From the sequence record MW272540.1: DNA of 64,000 nt. One strand, given 5' to 3'. Positions 1-7,986 of this stretch are shown piece after piece. Position numbers and translations under genes: made by a program. The notes under the pieces were generated by a model. That model was not told the origin of the DNA. It ran no database searches and saw only the letters and a list, made by a program, of their open reading frames with translations. How positions within the stretch are numbered: position 1 is the first letter of the stretch; each line of letters opens with the position of its first letter.

Positions 1-2
1 GG

Positions 3-650
3 GTCGTCCTTACTATTGGCATGATACGCTTTTCCTGTTTGGACGTCAACTATCCAAATCCGCTTTTTGGCAGCTTCACTGTATCTGGATTTTGCTTCTT
101 CCGACCGAATTTTTCCAGTATTTCCCATACTTATCTTTTTTGTCCACTCATCTTTTTCATCGTCAGACATTTTATAATAGCATGGCTTACCGTACATAGG
201 ATTGTTTTCTCCGGATTGGTCAACCCCATTCCTCTTCCTACCTTCTTTAACAGCAGACTTAAATTTATCGTCCATTTTCATTCCACTATTCCAAGTTTTA
301 TATCCGGATTTATATTTCTCTTTCATTATTTTACTGAGTTTTTTATTCAGTTCATCTTGAGAAATAACATTCTTGAATCCACCACGACCACCCAAACGGA
401 TATTATATGTGTCTTCTCTCAGTAAGAACTCTTTGTTAACAACCAATTTCTCTTTTTGATACATTTCATCCTCAGATGAAAAATATTCAATTATAGTAGT
501 TTTAAAATTCTCTTTGCCATAAAATTTAATAGCATTAAGAAGTCTTTTACCAGACCCAAAATACCCATCATCTAAATTTTTTGTCGAATGGACTCCAACA
601 TAGATCATACCATTCAATAAATTTTTCGTTTCGTACATGTAATATATCAT
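3..650 (-). CDS. GIY-YIG (Seg-like) homing endonuclease, 3'-truncated by the window edge
   Basis: Not in the ORF track. Manual translation from ATG 650: MIYYMYETKNLLNGMIYVGVHSTKNLDDGYFGSGKRLLNAIKFYGKENF...YNIRLGG, the Seg-type YxY..YVG..GSG..YN catalytic domain, followed by NUMOD3-like motifs (GENNPMYGK, GKIRSEEAK). SD GGGAG upstream. Confidence 0.9.
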   Translation of the reverse strand, partial: MIYYMYETKNLLNGMIYVGVHSTKNLDDGYFGSGKRLLNAIKFYGKENFKTTIIEYFSSEDEMYQKEKLVVNKEFLLREDTYNIRLGGRGGFKNVISQDELNKKLSKIMKEKYKSGYKTWNSGMKMDDKFKSAVKEGRKRNGVDQSGENNPMYGKPCYYKMSDDEKDEWTKKISMGNTGKIRSEEAKSRYSEAAKKRIWIVDVQTGKAYHANSKDD

Positions 651-691
651 TTAAAAGTCTCCCATTTTTATTATTTAGGGAGACTTTTAAA
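650..691 (-). promoter_or_regulatory. RBS-sequestering hairpin with a late promoter (CTAAATA) in the loop
   Basis: Perfect 14-bp inverted repeat 650-663/678-691. On the mRNA the 3' arm holds GGGAG and the A of AUG; CTAAATA lies at 678-672. Confidence 0.85.
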
Positions 692-704
692 CTATGGGAG
701 ATTT

Positions 705-1616
705 CTAAAAATCACCACTTTGAACCTGCCAGCATTCCAATCCAAGAGATCTCCATTCGGCAACCACGCTATTGCGGTCATCAACACAGAAACAGACATT
801 AAAACGTGGTGCGATATCACGCCAGAAGATTTCCTCTTTGATGATGTTATCAGGACGCTGATCGCCTTTCTCACGTTGGAAGTGGGCATCGTTAGGGATC
901 CCATGCTTATCATACCATGCGGCAGTTTCTTCCATACAAACGCCATCACGACCGGAAACGTTGATGATCAGATAGCCTTTCTCTTTCAGGAGTTTTGCCA
1001 GCATAACCACGTTTTCGCGGGGGGTATCTTCACCAACCTTTGACCAGTCGAAAGCGTTGCGGTCGTTCTTTTCTGCGAGAGTCCCATCAGTATCAAAGAT
1101 AACTGCTTTGGGGAGAGACTGATCCGGTTCGTATTGCTTCTTGGTTGTTTCTTCACAAACCCGGTCAGATGGGTTACGGCGTTCAAATTGTTCATTGAAT
1201 TGAGCAATCATACGATTAAGAACCACGTCACCAACCGCCCAACCACCACGAGTTTTATCACGGCGTTTGAGTTCTTCTTCGGACACCGGGAACCAAATAA
1301 AAACAACTTCGTATCCAATCTTTTCCAGATCGTTAACAAGAACACCACGGAGATGTTCATTCAGATTGGTATCTGAGATGATAACGTTTTTACCGGCTTC
1401 TGCTGCTGCTTTAACCTTACCACGGTTAACCTCAGTCACCAGAGTTTCACGGTCCTTCCCGAAGTTATACGACTTCCAGTTTTTGATTTGGAACAGACTG
1501 CGCCGGGTATCATCACGGTTCACGTTTACCGTTTTACCTTGAGACGTTTTTACCATTGCTTCGGCAAAGGTACTTTTGCCGCTCGAACTTGCACCAATAG
1601 TGATATATGCGTACAT
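705..1616 (-). CDS. pseT: polynucleotide 5'-kinase/3'-phosphatase
   Basis: N-terminal P-loop GASSSGKST, NRDDTR and SDTNL motifs; C-terminal HAD DTDGT, SGRDG and VDDR motifs. Confidence 0.95.
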   Translation of the reverse strand: MYAYITIGASSSGKSTFAEAMVKTSQGKTVNVNRDDTRRSLFQIKNWKSYNFGKDRETLVTEVNRGKVKAAAEAGKNVIISDTNLNEHLRGVLVNDLEKIGYEVVFIWFPVSEEELKRRDKTRGGWAVGDVVLNRMIAQFNEQFERRNPSDRVCEETTKKQYEPDQSLPKAVIFDTDGTLAEKNDRNAFDWSKVGEDTPRENVVMLAKLLKEKGYLIINVSGRDGVCMEETAAWYDKHGIPNDAHFQREKGDQRPDNIIKEEIFWRDIAPRFNVCFCVDDRNSVVAEWRSLGLECWQVQSGDF

Positions 1617-1625
1617 AGTATTTCC

Positions 1626-2102
1626 TTATTTGAATCGTTGTTTAAGATTTCTAATAGTATTGTCATACTTTTCTTTGTAAGAGTCAATACAATTTTGTTC
1701 GGTTCCCAAACTTTTCTGCATGACGTTAAACATCGATCTGTGATGTTCTTCTATCTCACTATAAGCTTCAGAGAAATATTTTTTAAGGTCTTGGTCTTTG
1801 CTTAATTGAGTTTTCAAATACTTAAAAGAAAATTCCAGATAAGCACCAAATACGCCCATGACACCAGCAAGGTAAGGATATTTGATATTTTTCATGAACA
1901 AAGAACAAACCATCATATCTTTATATGATTGTCTGAGTTCAGAAAGCAGTGGGTTAGAGAAACTATATACTGTTTCACATGCGGAGATCCACCGCAGTTC
2001 TTCTTTTTGTTTAGTAGTTGGACCAACCATAACCGACGGCGGATAAACCGAAGTAGTTTTACAAAAATTTTCAAATACTGGGTCTGTAAATTCTTTAATC
2101 AT
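1626..2102 (-). CDS. hypothetical protein
   Basis: 158-aa ORF tightly packed upstream of pseT, with SD. Confidence 0.7.
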   Translation of the reverse strand: MIKEFTDPVFENFCKTTSVYPPSVMVGPTTKQKEELRWISACETVYSFSNPLLSELRQSYKDMMVCSLFMKNIKYPYLAGVMGVFGAYLEFSFKYLKTQLSKDQDLKKYFSEAYSEIEEHHRSMFNVMQKSLGTEQNCIDSYKEKYDNTIRNLKQRFK

Positions 2103-2119
2103 AAGTTCCTCAATATTGT

Positions 2120-2413
2120 TCAGCTAATGACACCAATTTTAACGACTTCATATTCTTGGAGTTCTTCGAACCCTTTCCCTTTTTTGTGATATTCACTCAG
2201 TTCCGGGTCGGATGGTTCTGAATTATACCAAGGGGTGTCATGCTCACCGGAAAGAACACGTTCCAGAAATCCAACACGATTGGTGATAAAAGGAATAAAG
2301 CAATTAAGCTCAAAACAAGCTTGAACATCGTTCTGAAATTCTCCTTCAGACCCAACAGTATGGATCCCAACGAAAACCCCTTCAGTACCTTTTTTACGAA
2401 GTGCATAAAACAT
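2120..2413 (-). CDS. hypothetical protein
   Basis: Start moved to ATG 2413 (MFYAL), which has a GGAG SD and removes the overlap with the upstream gene. Confidence 0.65.
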   Translation of the reverse strand: MFYALRKKGTEGVFVGIHTVGSEGEFQNDVQACFELNCFIPFITNRVGFLERVLSGEHDTPWYNSEPSDPELSEYHKKGKGFEELQEYEVVKIGVIS

Positions 2414-2415
2414 AA

Positions 2416-2661
2416 TTATTCTCCCAATACCTTTTCGAAGTTTTTTAACAAATCCGATATCCAACAAGGTTTAATGTCATTATGATAAACGGTTTTCATA
2501 TAATTAGCAATAGCCTTCTGGCGCTTTTCGCTATTGGTATGTTTGTTCCAAAGCAGGATACATTCACCAAGACAGACCATCTCACGTTTGGTAAGTTTTT
2601 TAGAACAGACCAGTTCATAAAAAGCATCATTAACTTTATTTGCATCAATCTGTTTCGACAT
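2416..2661 (-). CDS. hypothetical protein
   Basis: 81-aa ORF in operon packing. Confidence 0.6.
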   Translation of the reverse strand: MSKQIDANKVNDAFYELVCSKKLTKREMVCLGECILLWNKHTNSEKRQKAIANYMKTVYHNDIKPCWISDLLKNFEKVLGE

Positions 2662-2716
2662 GTTTGATCTCGTTTTTAATTATGTATCGGATCCGTTCTG
2701 CTATTGCTAGAACTTC

Positions 2717-2848
2717 TCAATATACAACTTTACGACATTGAATCCATTCACTATGGCATTTTTTGAATTCTAACGGGTCACGAAGATATAATTTAGCCAT
2801 TTCTTGACAGTGACTTTCTGTTTCTTCGTTCTTAAATGGTTTGACCAT
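2717..2848 (-). CDS. small hypothetical protein (43 aa)
   Basis: Manual translation MVKPFKNEETESHCQEMAKLYLRDPLEFKKCHSEWIQCRKVVY; GAGG SD; fills a gap in the operon. Confidence 0.5.
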   Translation of the reverse strand: MVKPFKNEETESHCQEMAKLYLRDPLEFKKCHSEWIQCRKVVY

Positions 2849-2851
2849 GAT

Positions 2852-3109
2852 TTACCTCAGTTGAGAATCTTTACTTCCACGACGATTATAAAGACTGGGT
2901 TGTTTCTTGTCAAGGAAAGATTGACAAGAAATGCAATAATGTACCACCAACGCCATACGTCTTTTTTCGGGAATTCGATCCCCACATTCTCGACAATGTG
3001 TAGAAGATACACCATGGAATAAATTGGATCTGGCAAAATCTACCCCGTTATCAACGGTTGCCTTTATTGTGTCTTGAAAATTGTCACAACCACCAAATCC
3101 AACAGCCAC
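2852..3109 (-). CDS. DksA/TraR-family C4 zinc-finger protein (YbiI-like)
   Basis: CRECGDRIPEKRR...YCISCQ zinc finger; the C-terminus YNRRGSKDSQLR matches E. coli YbiI as recalled. Confidence 0.88.
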   Translation of the reverse strand: MAVGFGGCDNFQDTIKATVDNGVDFARSNLFHGVSSTHCRECGDRIPEKRRMALVVHYCISCQSFLDKKQPSLYNRRGSKDSQLR

Positions 3110-3112
3110 GAT

Positions 3113-3316
3113 TTATTCCTCATCATACAATGGAGAATCAATGATACCAGATTCATATCCCAAAATATAGCTATATGCAGTAGATGCGTCAACAAAACAA
3201 CCTAACAATAATTTCTTTTTGTTTACTAACCTGATCTGGTCATTAAACAATACAATTTCAACCTCATATTTTTTACATTTTTCTTGTAAAGACAGATAAT
3301 CAAATATTTCCTTCAT
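3113..3316 (-). CDS. hypothetical protein
   Basis: 67-aa ORF, AAGG SD, operon packing. Confidence 0.6.
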   Translation of the reverse strand: MKEIFDYLSLQEKCKKYEVEIVLFNDQIRLVNKKKLLLGCFVDASTAYSYILGYESGIIDSPLYDEE

Positions 3317-3325
3317 ACAATTTCC

Positions 3326-3577
3326 TTAATATTGTTCGACGATAAATTTAGGAACCATCACACGATAGGTTTCAAAATCTTCTAGCGTAGCATCTCGAAT
3401 GACCTTTCCAAAAATATGAGTTGGGTCCTCAGACAAGAACGGGTATCCGCGAGAGATCATCCCTCGCAAAATTCCAATGGTGTTTTGGTCTTCTTCATAA
3501 ATATAACCAAGTGCATATTCGTTAACAACTACATAACGAACCTTTCGAATCCCGTTATCATCGTACCACCGACCCAT
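3326..3577 (-). CDS. hypothetical protein
   Basis: 83-aa ORF with GAGG SD. Confidence 0.65.
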   Translation of the reverse strand: MGRWYDDNGIRKVRYVVVNEYALGYIYEEDQNTIGILRGMISRGYPFLSEDPTHIFGKVIRDATLEDFETYRVMVPKFIVEQY

Positions 3578-3579
3578 TT

Positions 3580-3840
3580 TTACTTTACCTCTTCCAGAAC
3601 ATCATCAAGCCAATCGAAATAATCTAGGTCACCATCGAAGGAAGACGAAACATTATCAGGATATGCGAGAATATAATCTCCGGAATGGTTTACGATTCCG
3701 TCAACCCAACTAAGGCCCGAGAACCAAGCCGCATCATGACCAACACCGGTTAGTGTGATTACATGACCGAAGCAATCGCCGTGCTCTTTTGCTACTTCAC
3801 CTACAATCCGAAAATTCTTACCAACTGAATATTTTTCCAT
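3580..3840 (-). CDS. hypothetical protein
   Basis: 86-aa ORF with GAGG SD. Confidence 0.65.
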   Translation of the reverse strand: MEKYSVGKNFRIVGEVAKEHGDCFGHVITLTGVGHDAAWFSGLSWVDGIVNHSGDYILAYPDNVSSSFDGDLDYFDWLDDVLEEVK

Positions 3841-3892
3841 TATATTTTCCTCTTTGTTTCTATTAATAATTTACAACATATTGAACAAGAGA

Positions 3893-4255
3893 TCAAACCA
3901 TTTCGTAATTTTTTTCGTAAGTTCCGATGTTGATACGAACGTAGTAACCAGAATCGAAATAGTCTGTCATCACATCACTTTTATCGTAGTTCTTGCTGTT
4001 CAGTGCAGCATAGACTTTAGCCATAACTTCGTTTACACGTTCATCCGTGGTGTTCTTCACACGATGCGAGAAGGAATCATAACCGTTTTTAGCAGCATCT
4101 TCACCGAAGATGGAGATGTCGAAATCGGCCTTCGAAATGGTCATGATGATCGTGGAATAGTTCTTGATAGCAAATGAAGCTTTCCAGTTTTTCGGAAGAA
4201 CCTTTTTCACTTCAACAACCAAGGCCGCTTTCAGCTCTTTGTTCATGTAAGCCAT
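3893..4255 (-). CDS. conserved phage early protein (SDxMTDYFD motif)
   Basis: Start moved to MAYMNK (ATG 4255) after AAGGA; directly downstream of a sigma70-like promoter. Confidence 0.7.
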   Translation of the reverse strand: MAYMNKELKAALVVEVKKVLPKNWKASFAIKNYSTIIMTISKADFDISIFGEDAAKNGYDSFSHRVKNTTDERVNEVMAKVYAALNSKNYDKSDVMTDYFDSGYYVRINIGTYEKNYEMV

Positions 4256-4288
4256 TTCTCTTTCCTTCTCTCTTGTTGGTACAGATGT

Positions 4289-4316
4289 ATAGTAACACAA
4301 TGACGACCAAACGCAA
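4289..4316 (-). promoter_or_regulatory. early sigma70-type promoter
   Basis: TTGCGT-16-TACTAT with extended -10 TG. Confidence 0.6.
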
Positions 4317-4320
4317 TAGG

Positions 4321-4503
4321 TTATGGATAAAAATATTCAAAGTTACCATACAAAGATTCGCCATCCGTATCATAACAGATCTTAACATAACAAGGGTAGG
4401 TGGACGGTTCCTGATAACCAACCACATCAAAGTTGATTTTCGATTTTAGTTCCTTATCGTCATTTACCAAAACATAACCTAGCTTGGTGATATCTACATA
4501 CAT
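4321..4503 (-). CDS. hypothetical protein
   Basis: 60-aa ORF with AAGGA SD, directly behind a consensus promoter. Confidence 0.65.
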   Translation of the reverse strand: MYVDITKLGYVLVNDDKELKSKINFDVVGYQEPSTYPCYVKICYDTDGESLYGNFEYFYP

Positions 4504-4535
4504 AAAATATTCCTTTTGTTAATTTTTACTTTTAA

Positions 4536-4564
4536 AGTCTAAAATAAGTTTTTGATGATGTCAA
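4536..4564 (-). promoter_or_regulatory. early sigma70-type promoter
   Basis: TTGACA-17-TAGACT immediately after a terminator. Confidence 0.75.
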
Positions 4565-4567
4565 ACA

Positions 4568-4591
4568 AAAAATCGCCCGAAGGCGATTTTT
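4568..4591 (-). terminator. Rho-independent terminator with C(UUCG)G tetraloop
   Basis: AAAAATCGCC-TTCG-GGCGATTTTTT after the vs.1-like gene. Confidence 0.85.
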
Positions 4592-5099
4592 ATTTAATGC
4601 AATCACAGTTCCGAAGGAATCTAACGTTTTTGGCAACAGTTTCTACATAGGTCTTGTTAGACCCGTAACCTGCATTAAAACTCTCAACAACTTTTCTCCA
4701 ATTCCCACCACGAACTTTTTTCCAATAATCTAGCTCCATTAAAGCATAGTTGGCTGAAGATTCCATAGAATTGATCAACTCATTTCTCAACTTGATTCTA
4801 GACCTATAAGACATTTTAGAACCAGTCAACTGCTCAATTCTCTTAGTTGTGGATCTCAGGTTGTTTTGAAAAACACCATAATCACCACTTTTCTTATTAA
4901 TTAGGTTGACTCCGGCACGGCTTTCTGTCAGGGCAATAGCCGCCAAGGTCAGACCGTAACCAGATTCATTACCAAGCTCGTAAGCCCGTTGAATCGTGTA
5001 GATCTGATTTTCTGTCAACTCTTTATTTTCATATACCACTGCATTAGCAGTGAGCGAAGTAAGGGATAAAAGGACCCCAAAAAGTAAACCACTTTTCAT
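4590..5099 (-). CDS. vs.1: SLT-domain lytic transglycosylase-like protein with signal peptide (T4 Vs.1-like)
   Basis: Hydrophobic N-terminus ending TANA; AAIALTESRAG, DYGVFQ and SFNAG lysozyme-like motifs. Confidence 0.75.
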   Translation of the reverse strand: MKSGLLFGVLLSLTSLTANAVVYENKELTENQIYTIQRAYELGNESGYGLTLAAIALTESRAGVNLINKKSGDYGVFQNNLRSTTKRIEQLTGSKMSYRSRIKLRNELINSMESSANYALMELDYWKKVRGGNWRKVVESFNAGYGSNKTYVETVAKNVRFLRNCDCIK

Positions 5100-5160
5100 C
5101 TTCGAAAAATTCCTCTATTGGTGAATAAGTGGACTTCATAACTCAAAGAGCAAAAGCCCA

Positions 5161-5179
5161 AGGTCTATTATTTAGACCT
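5161..5179 (-). promoter_or_regulatory. late promoter CTAAATA within a 7-bp hairpin
   Basis: AGGTCTA-AATAA-TAGACCT on the minus strand; CTAAATA at 5175-5169. Confidence 0.55.
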
Positions 5180-5187
5180 ACCTAAAC

Positions 5188-5217
5188 AGAGTATCACAAA
5201 AACAACATCAAAGTAAA
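5188..5217 (-). promoter_or_regulatory. early promoter
   Basis: TTTACT-18-TACTCT with TG extension; the same -35 is seen at 22750 and 48705. Confidence 0.5.
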
Positions 5218-5222
5218 GGTAT

Positions 5223-5338
5223 TTTTAGTTTCACTTGCAATCAAACTATAAAGTTTCTATAAGTATTTATATAGAAGATCTATAATTAGAAAAACGATGA
5301 GCGAAGCGAATCCGCGTAGCGTGACTCACTTCGTTCGT
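5223..5338. repeat. dispersed non-coding element, copy 1 (AT-rich core 5223-5287 plus GC-rich module 5294-5338)
   Basis: The core matches 48769-48833 at 59 of 65 nt; 5323-5338 is the exact reverse complement of 48726-48741. Confidence 0.9.
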
Positions 5339-5372
5339 CATTTAAGGGGTCTAGAATGCTCTATAACGAATT

Positions 5373-5708
5373 CTATATTAGGATAGTACAATCCATAAGG
5401 TATGTCATATGAACGATTAATGTAGCCCCTTCAAGGTGGTATCCTTTGACGTATATATCTGATACTTGGTCTTCATATTGTTCGCTAACAAGACTTTCAA
5501 TAATTGAAAACGTGCCAATTATACTTTCTTTTACTAGGTCGATCTCTTCATCAGACAAAAGGAAGTGTAATTCTTCACAATACATCTTTGCTTTTTGGCC
5601 TTGTGTCCCATTAGTTACGCTGTTTGTGCATGGGTTAATATAGAATTCCGTGGAACCGACCAAATGCACAACAGTTTCATTAAACTGATCAATAACCATG
5701 AGAACCAC
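5373..5708 (-). CDS. hypothetical protein
   Basis: 111-aa ORF, overlapping start with a GGAG-like SD. Confidence 0.65.
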   Translation of the reverse strand: MVLMVIDQFNETVVHLVGSTEFYINPCTNSVTNGTQGQKAKMYCEELHFLLSDEEIDLVKESIIGTFSIIESLVSEQYEDQVSDIYVKGYHLEGATLIVHMTYLMDCTILI

Positions 5709-5976
5709 CTACAAAATTTTCTACCCGGATTTCATTGTAATCCAGTTTTGCAATAACACAACCACAAGATTCACAATTAGACAGTTCTTCCATGAGTGAA
5801 TCTTTGTCTTTAGACGATCTTACCAAAGAATCAGCCTCATCTTCGCTAAGACGGAGAACGATAACAACTCCATCACTAACAGACGACAGGGTGTTAATTA
5901 CATCGATATTACTTGGTGGGATTACTTCCCAACCAGAAAAATCATAGTTCTTATTCAGTAAAATTTTAAGAAGCAT
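5689..5976 (-). CDS. hypothetical protein
   Basis: 95-aa ORF, operon packing. Confidence 0.65.
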   Translation of the reverse strand: MLLKILLNKNYDFSGWEVIPPSNIDVINTLSSVSDGVVIVLRLSEDEADSLVRSSKDKDSLMEELSNCESCGCVIAKLDYNEIRVENFVGGSHGY

Positions 5977-5979
5977 ATT

Positions 5980-6489
5980 TTATTCCCCAGTCATAGTTGC
6001 AACTTGTTCGATTACGCTGGCTGCCTTTTCGATAGACAGACCGGAAATGATGCAGTTGTTTTCTCGCCCAGTCTCATATTTAACTTTCATACCGGTATGT
6101 TTTGAAACTTGTTCCCCATTCATATCTGGATGGTGGAATCGAACGATAACATCAGAATCCAGAGTTCGACCCAATACGATATAAAAATGGATATCTTTAT
6201 ATTTTACGTTCGGCATTGTTTTGTTTTTAAATACTTCCGCATCTGGTAGTTCTACCTTCAGAATATCGATGGCCGCAGGAACCAGTTCATTGAGTTCTGC
6301 TTCTCGTTGTTCTTTCTTGAGTTGCCGTTCGAATTTTTTCAAGCGATTTTCTACATCGATTTTAAGGTCATAGATAGATCCAAGCTCGGTCCCACTCGGT
6401 TTGTGGATGAACATACCATCTAGTTTCATGGTGACTTCTGACTGATTCCAACCGTATGCTTTACAAAAATCCGATAGTGTATGACTCAT
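5980..6489 (-). CDS. hypothetical protein
   Basis: 169-aa ORF with GAGG SD. Confidence 0.75.
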   Translation of the reverse strand: MSHTLSDFCKAYGWNQSEVTMKLDGMFIHKPSGTELGSIYDLKIDVENRLKKFERQLKKEQREAELNELVPAAIDILKVELPDAEVFKNKTMPNVKYKDIHFYIVLGRTLDSDVIVRFHHPDMNGEQVSKHTGMKVKYETGRENNCIISGLSIEKAASVIEQVATMTGE

Positions 6490-6523
6490 ATTTTATCCTC
6501 TGTGTTTTTATATAAACAGTCTA

Positions 6524-6901
6524 TCAAACCAAATCGCTGTTGGTCAACTCATTTTTAGACAATTCAACAATAATTTTTACTGGAATTGTGACCGTGTATA
6601 CAGATTTTTTATCGGGGTCTTCTGATGACTTTTTAAAATCTATGTCAAATCCATTCTGTTCGAATTTTCCAAAAATGCTGGTGTATACTGAATCTTGAAT
6701 ACTCTCAGGACATTTGGAAATTTCATTAATAAAATCGTTAACGTAGTTAGTTGTAAACGTTGTAGATGTTTTTCTGTTACGGATCATACCATCCGTAATA
6801 CATTCGTAAATCGTATTTACAGTTTTTGTGATCTCTTGATTGCTTTTTGTCAAAATTTCTTTTGCAATATATGATGCGTTTACTTTATCCATTTTCAACA
6901 T
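6524..6901 (-). CDS. hypothetical protein
   Basis: 125-aa ORF with AAGGA SD. Confidence 0.7.
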   Translation of the reverse strand: MLKMDKVNASYIAKEILTKSNQEITKTVNTIYECITDGMIRNRKTSTTFTTNYVNDFINEISKCPESIQDSVYTSIFGKFEQNGFDIDFKKSSEDPDKKSVYTVTIPVKIIVELSKNELTNSDLV

Positions 6902-6904
6902 CCT

Positions 6905-7222
6905 TTATAAAATTAACAGGTCGTGTATTTTGATTTCACCAAATTCAACTTCGATGTTATCTTCTGCGTCGGGCCACCCAGATGAAGTTCGTACCCAAGC
7001 CCATTTGTGGGGTATGGAGATTATAACTAAAACCTCCTTGTTTTTCATCTCATCTGTATAAATTTCTTTCAAAATCTCTTCTGCAAACTCATCACTGTAA
7101 TTTTGAAAGTCTTCTACAGCACAACCGTGGTTTGTGTATTCTTTGGTGTCAAATGTCATAGTGACCTCAAAGTCATCTAAAACACCATCTCCGATATATA
7201 ATGTCATTTTGCTATAAATCAT
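6905..7222 (-). CDS. hypothetical acidic protein
   Basis: 105-aa ORF, operon packing. Confidence 0.7.
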   Translation of the reverse strand: MIYSKMTLYIGDGVLDDFEVTMTFDTKEYTNHGCAVEDFQNYSDEFAEEILKEIYTDEMKNKEVLVIISIPHKWAWVRTSSGWPDAEDNIEVEFGEIKIHDLLIL

Positions 7223-7223
7223 T

Positions 7224-7922
7224 TCAAAGACCTTTTCCTAAAAACCATGTCTGACACAATTTGAATTGGTTGATAACGTGAGCATAGGACCCTTTACCTG
7301 TGTAGGAATAGAAGAATCTGTCTTCTGTCACACTCCCGTATTTGGAAATCAGAGACTCCCAAAGTGCAATCGCCTTTTTCGTTGGCTTGTACTTCATATA
7401 AGCACCACTTGGTGCCTTTACTTCGGTATTATTTTTTGCAAACTTCAAAATCTGATCAGTAACCAGATGTTTGTATGCAGATGGTACGTCATCCATCACA
7501 TCAAGAGTTCGACCACTACCAACTTTACATACCCGCAGTGTGTGATAAGTTGCACCTTTACAACCAAGAGACATAGCAATTTTTCGCCAAGTATTATCGT
7601 GTCCTGATTTATCACGATTAACATAATCTACAAGGTGAGCGATTTCGTGAGGGATTGTTTCATTGTAGATATGCTCCCATGCTCTTTCACAAGAAACCAT
7701 CAGATCGAGGTTGATCTTGATATAATATTCTTTGGAAGATTGCAATATACCATTAACAACATTCATTTTGGACCGGTATCCGGCTCGGCCTGCTGACCTA
7801 CCTTTACAGGTGGAAAACTTGTATTTGAACCCTTCCATCTGTGGGTAGATTTTTATGGCCTGCTCCATTACTACATTAATGCGGTCCAAAACAAGCTTTT
7901 CTGCAATGGCCTTCAAATTCAT
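7224..7922 (-). CDS. SprT-like zinc metalloprotease
   Basis: GRSAGRA, YIKINLDL, ETIPHEIAHL (HEXXH) and GHDNTWRKIA motifs. Confidence 0.88.
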   Translation of the reverse strand: MNLKAIAEKLVLDRINVVMEQAIKIYPQMEGFKYKFSTCKGRSAGRAGYRSKMNVVNGILQSSKEYYIKINLDLMVSCERAWEHIYNETIPHEIAHLVDYVNRDKSGHDNTWRKIAMSLGCKGATYHTLRVCKVGSGRTLDVMDDVPSAYKHLVTDQILKFAKNNTEVKAPSGAYMKYKPTKKAIALWESLISKYGSVTEDRFFYSYTGKGSYAHVINQFKLCQTWFLGKGL

Positions 7923-7986
7923 AATTTCTCTCCATATCTCTTAGTCAACACAGACGTCATAACACAGAGAGAAATCAATGCAAGCA

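Noticed and set aside
21-425. 134-aa + strand ORF
   Set aside because: Antisense shadow of the GIY-YIG gene; low-complexity F/I-rich translation.
5294-5338. GC-rich module as a tRNA or REP/IS end
   Set aside because: Too short, no cloverleaf or T/D loops, and no transposase or target duplication nearby.
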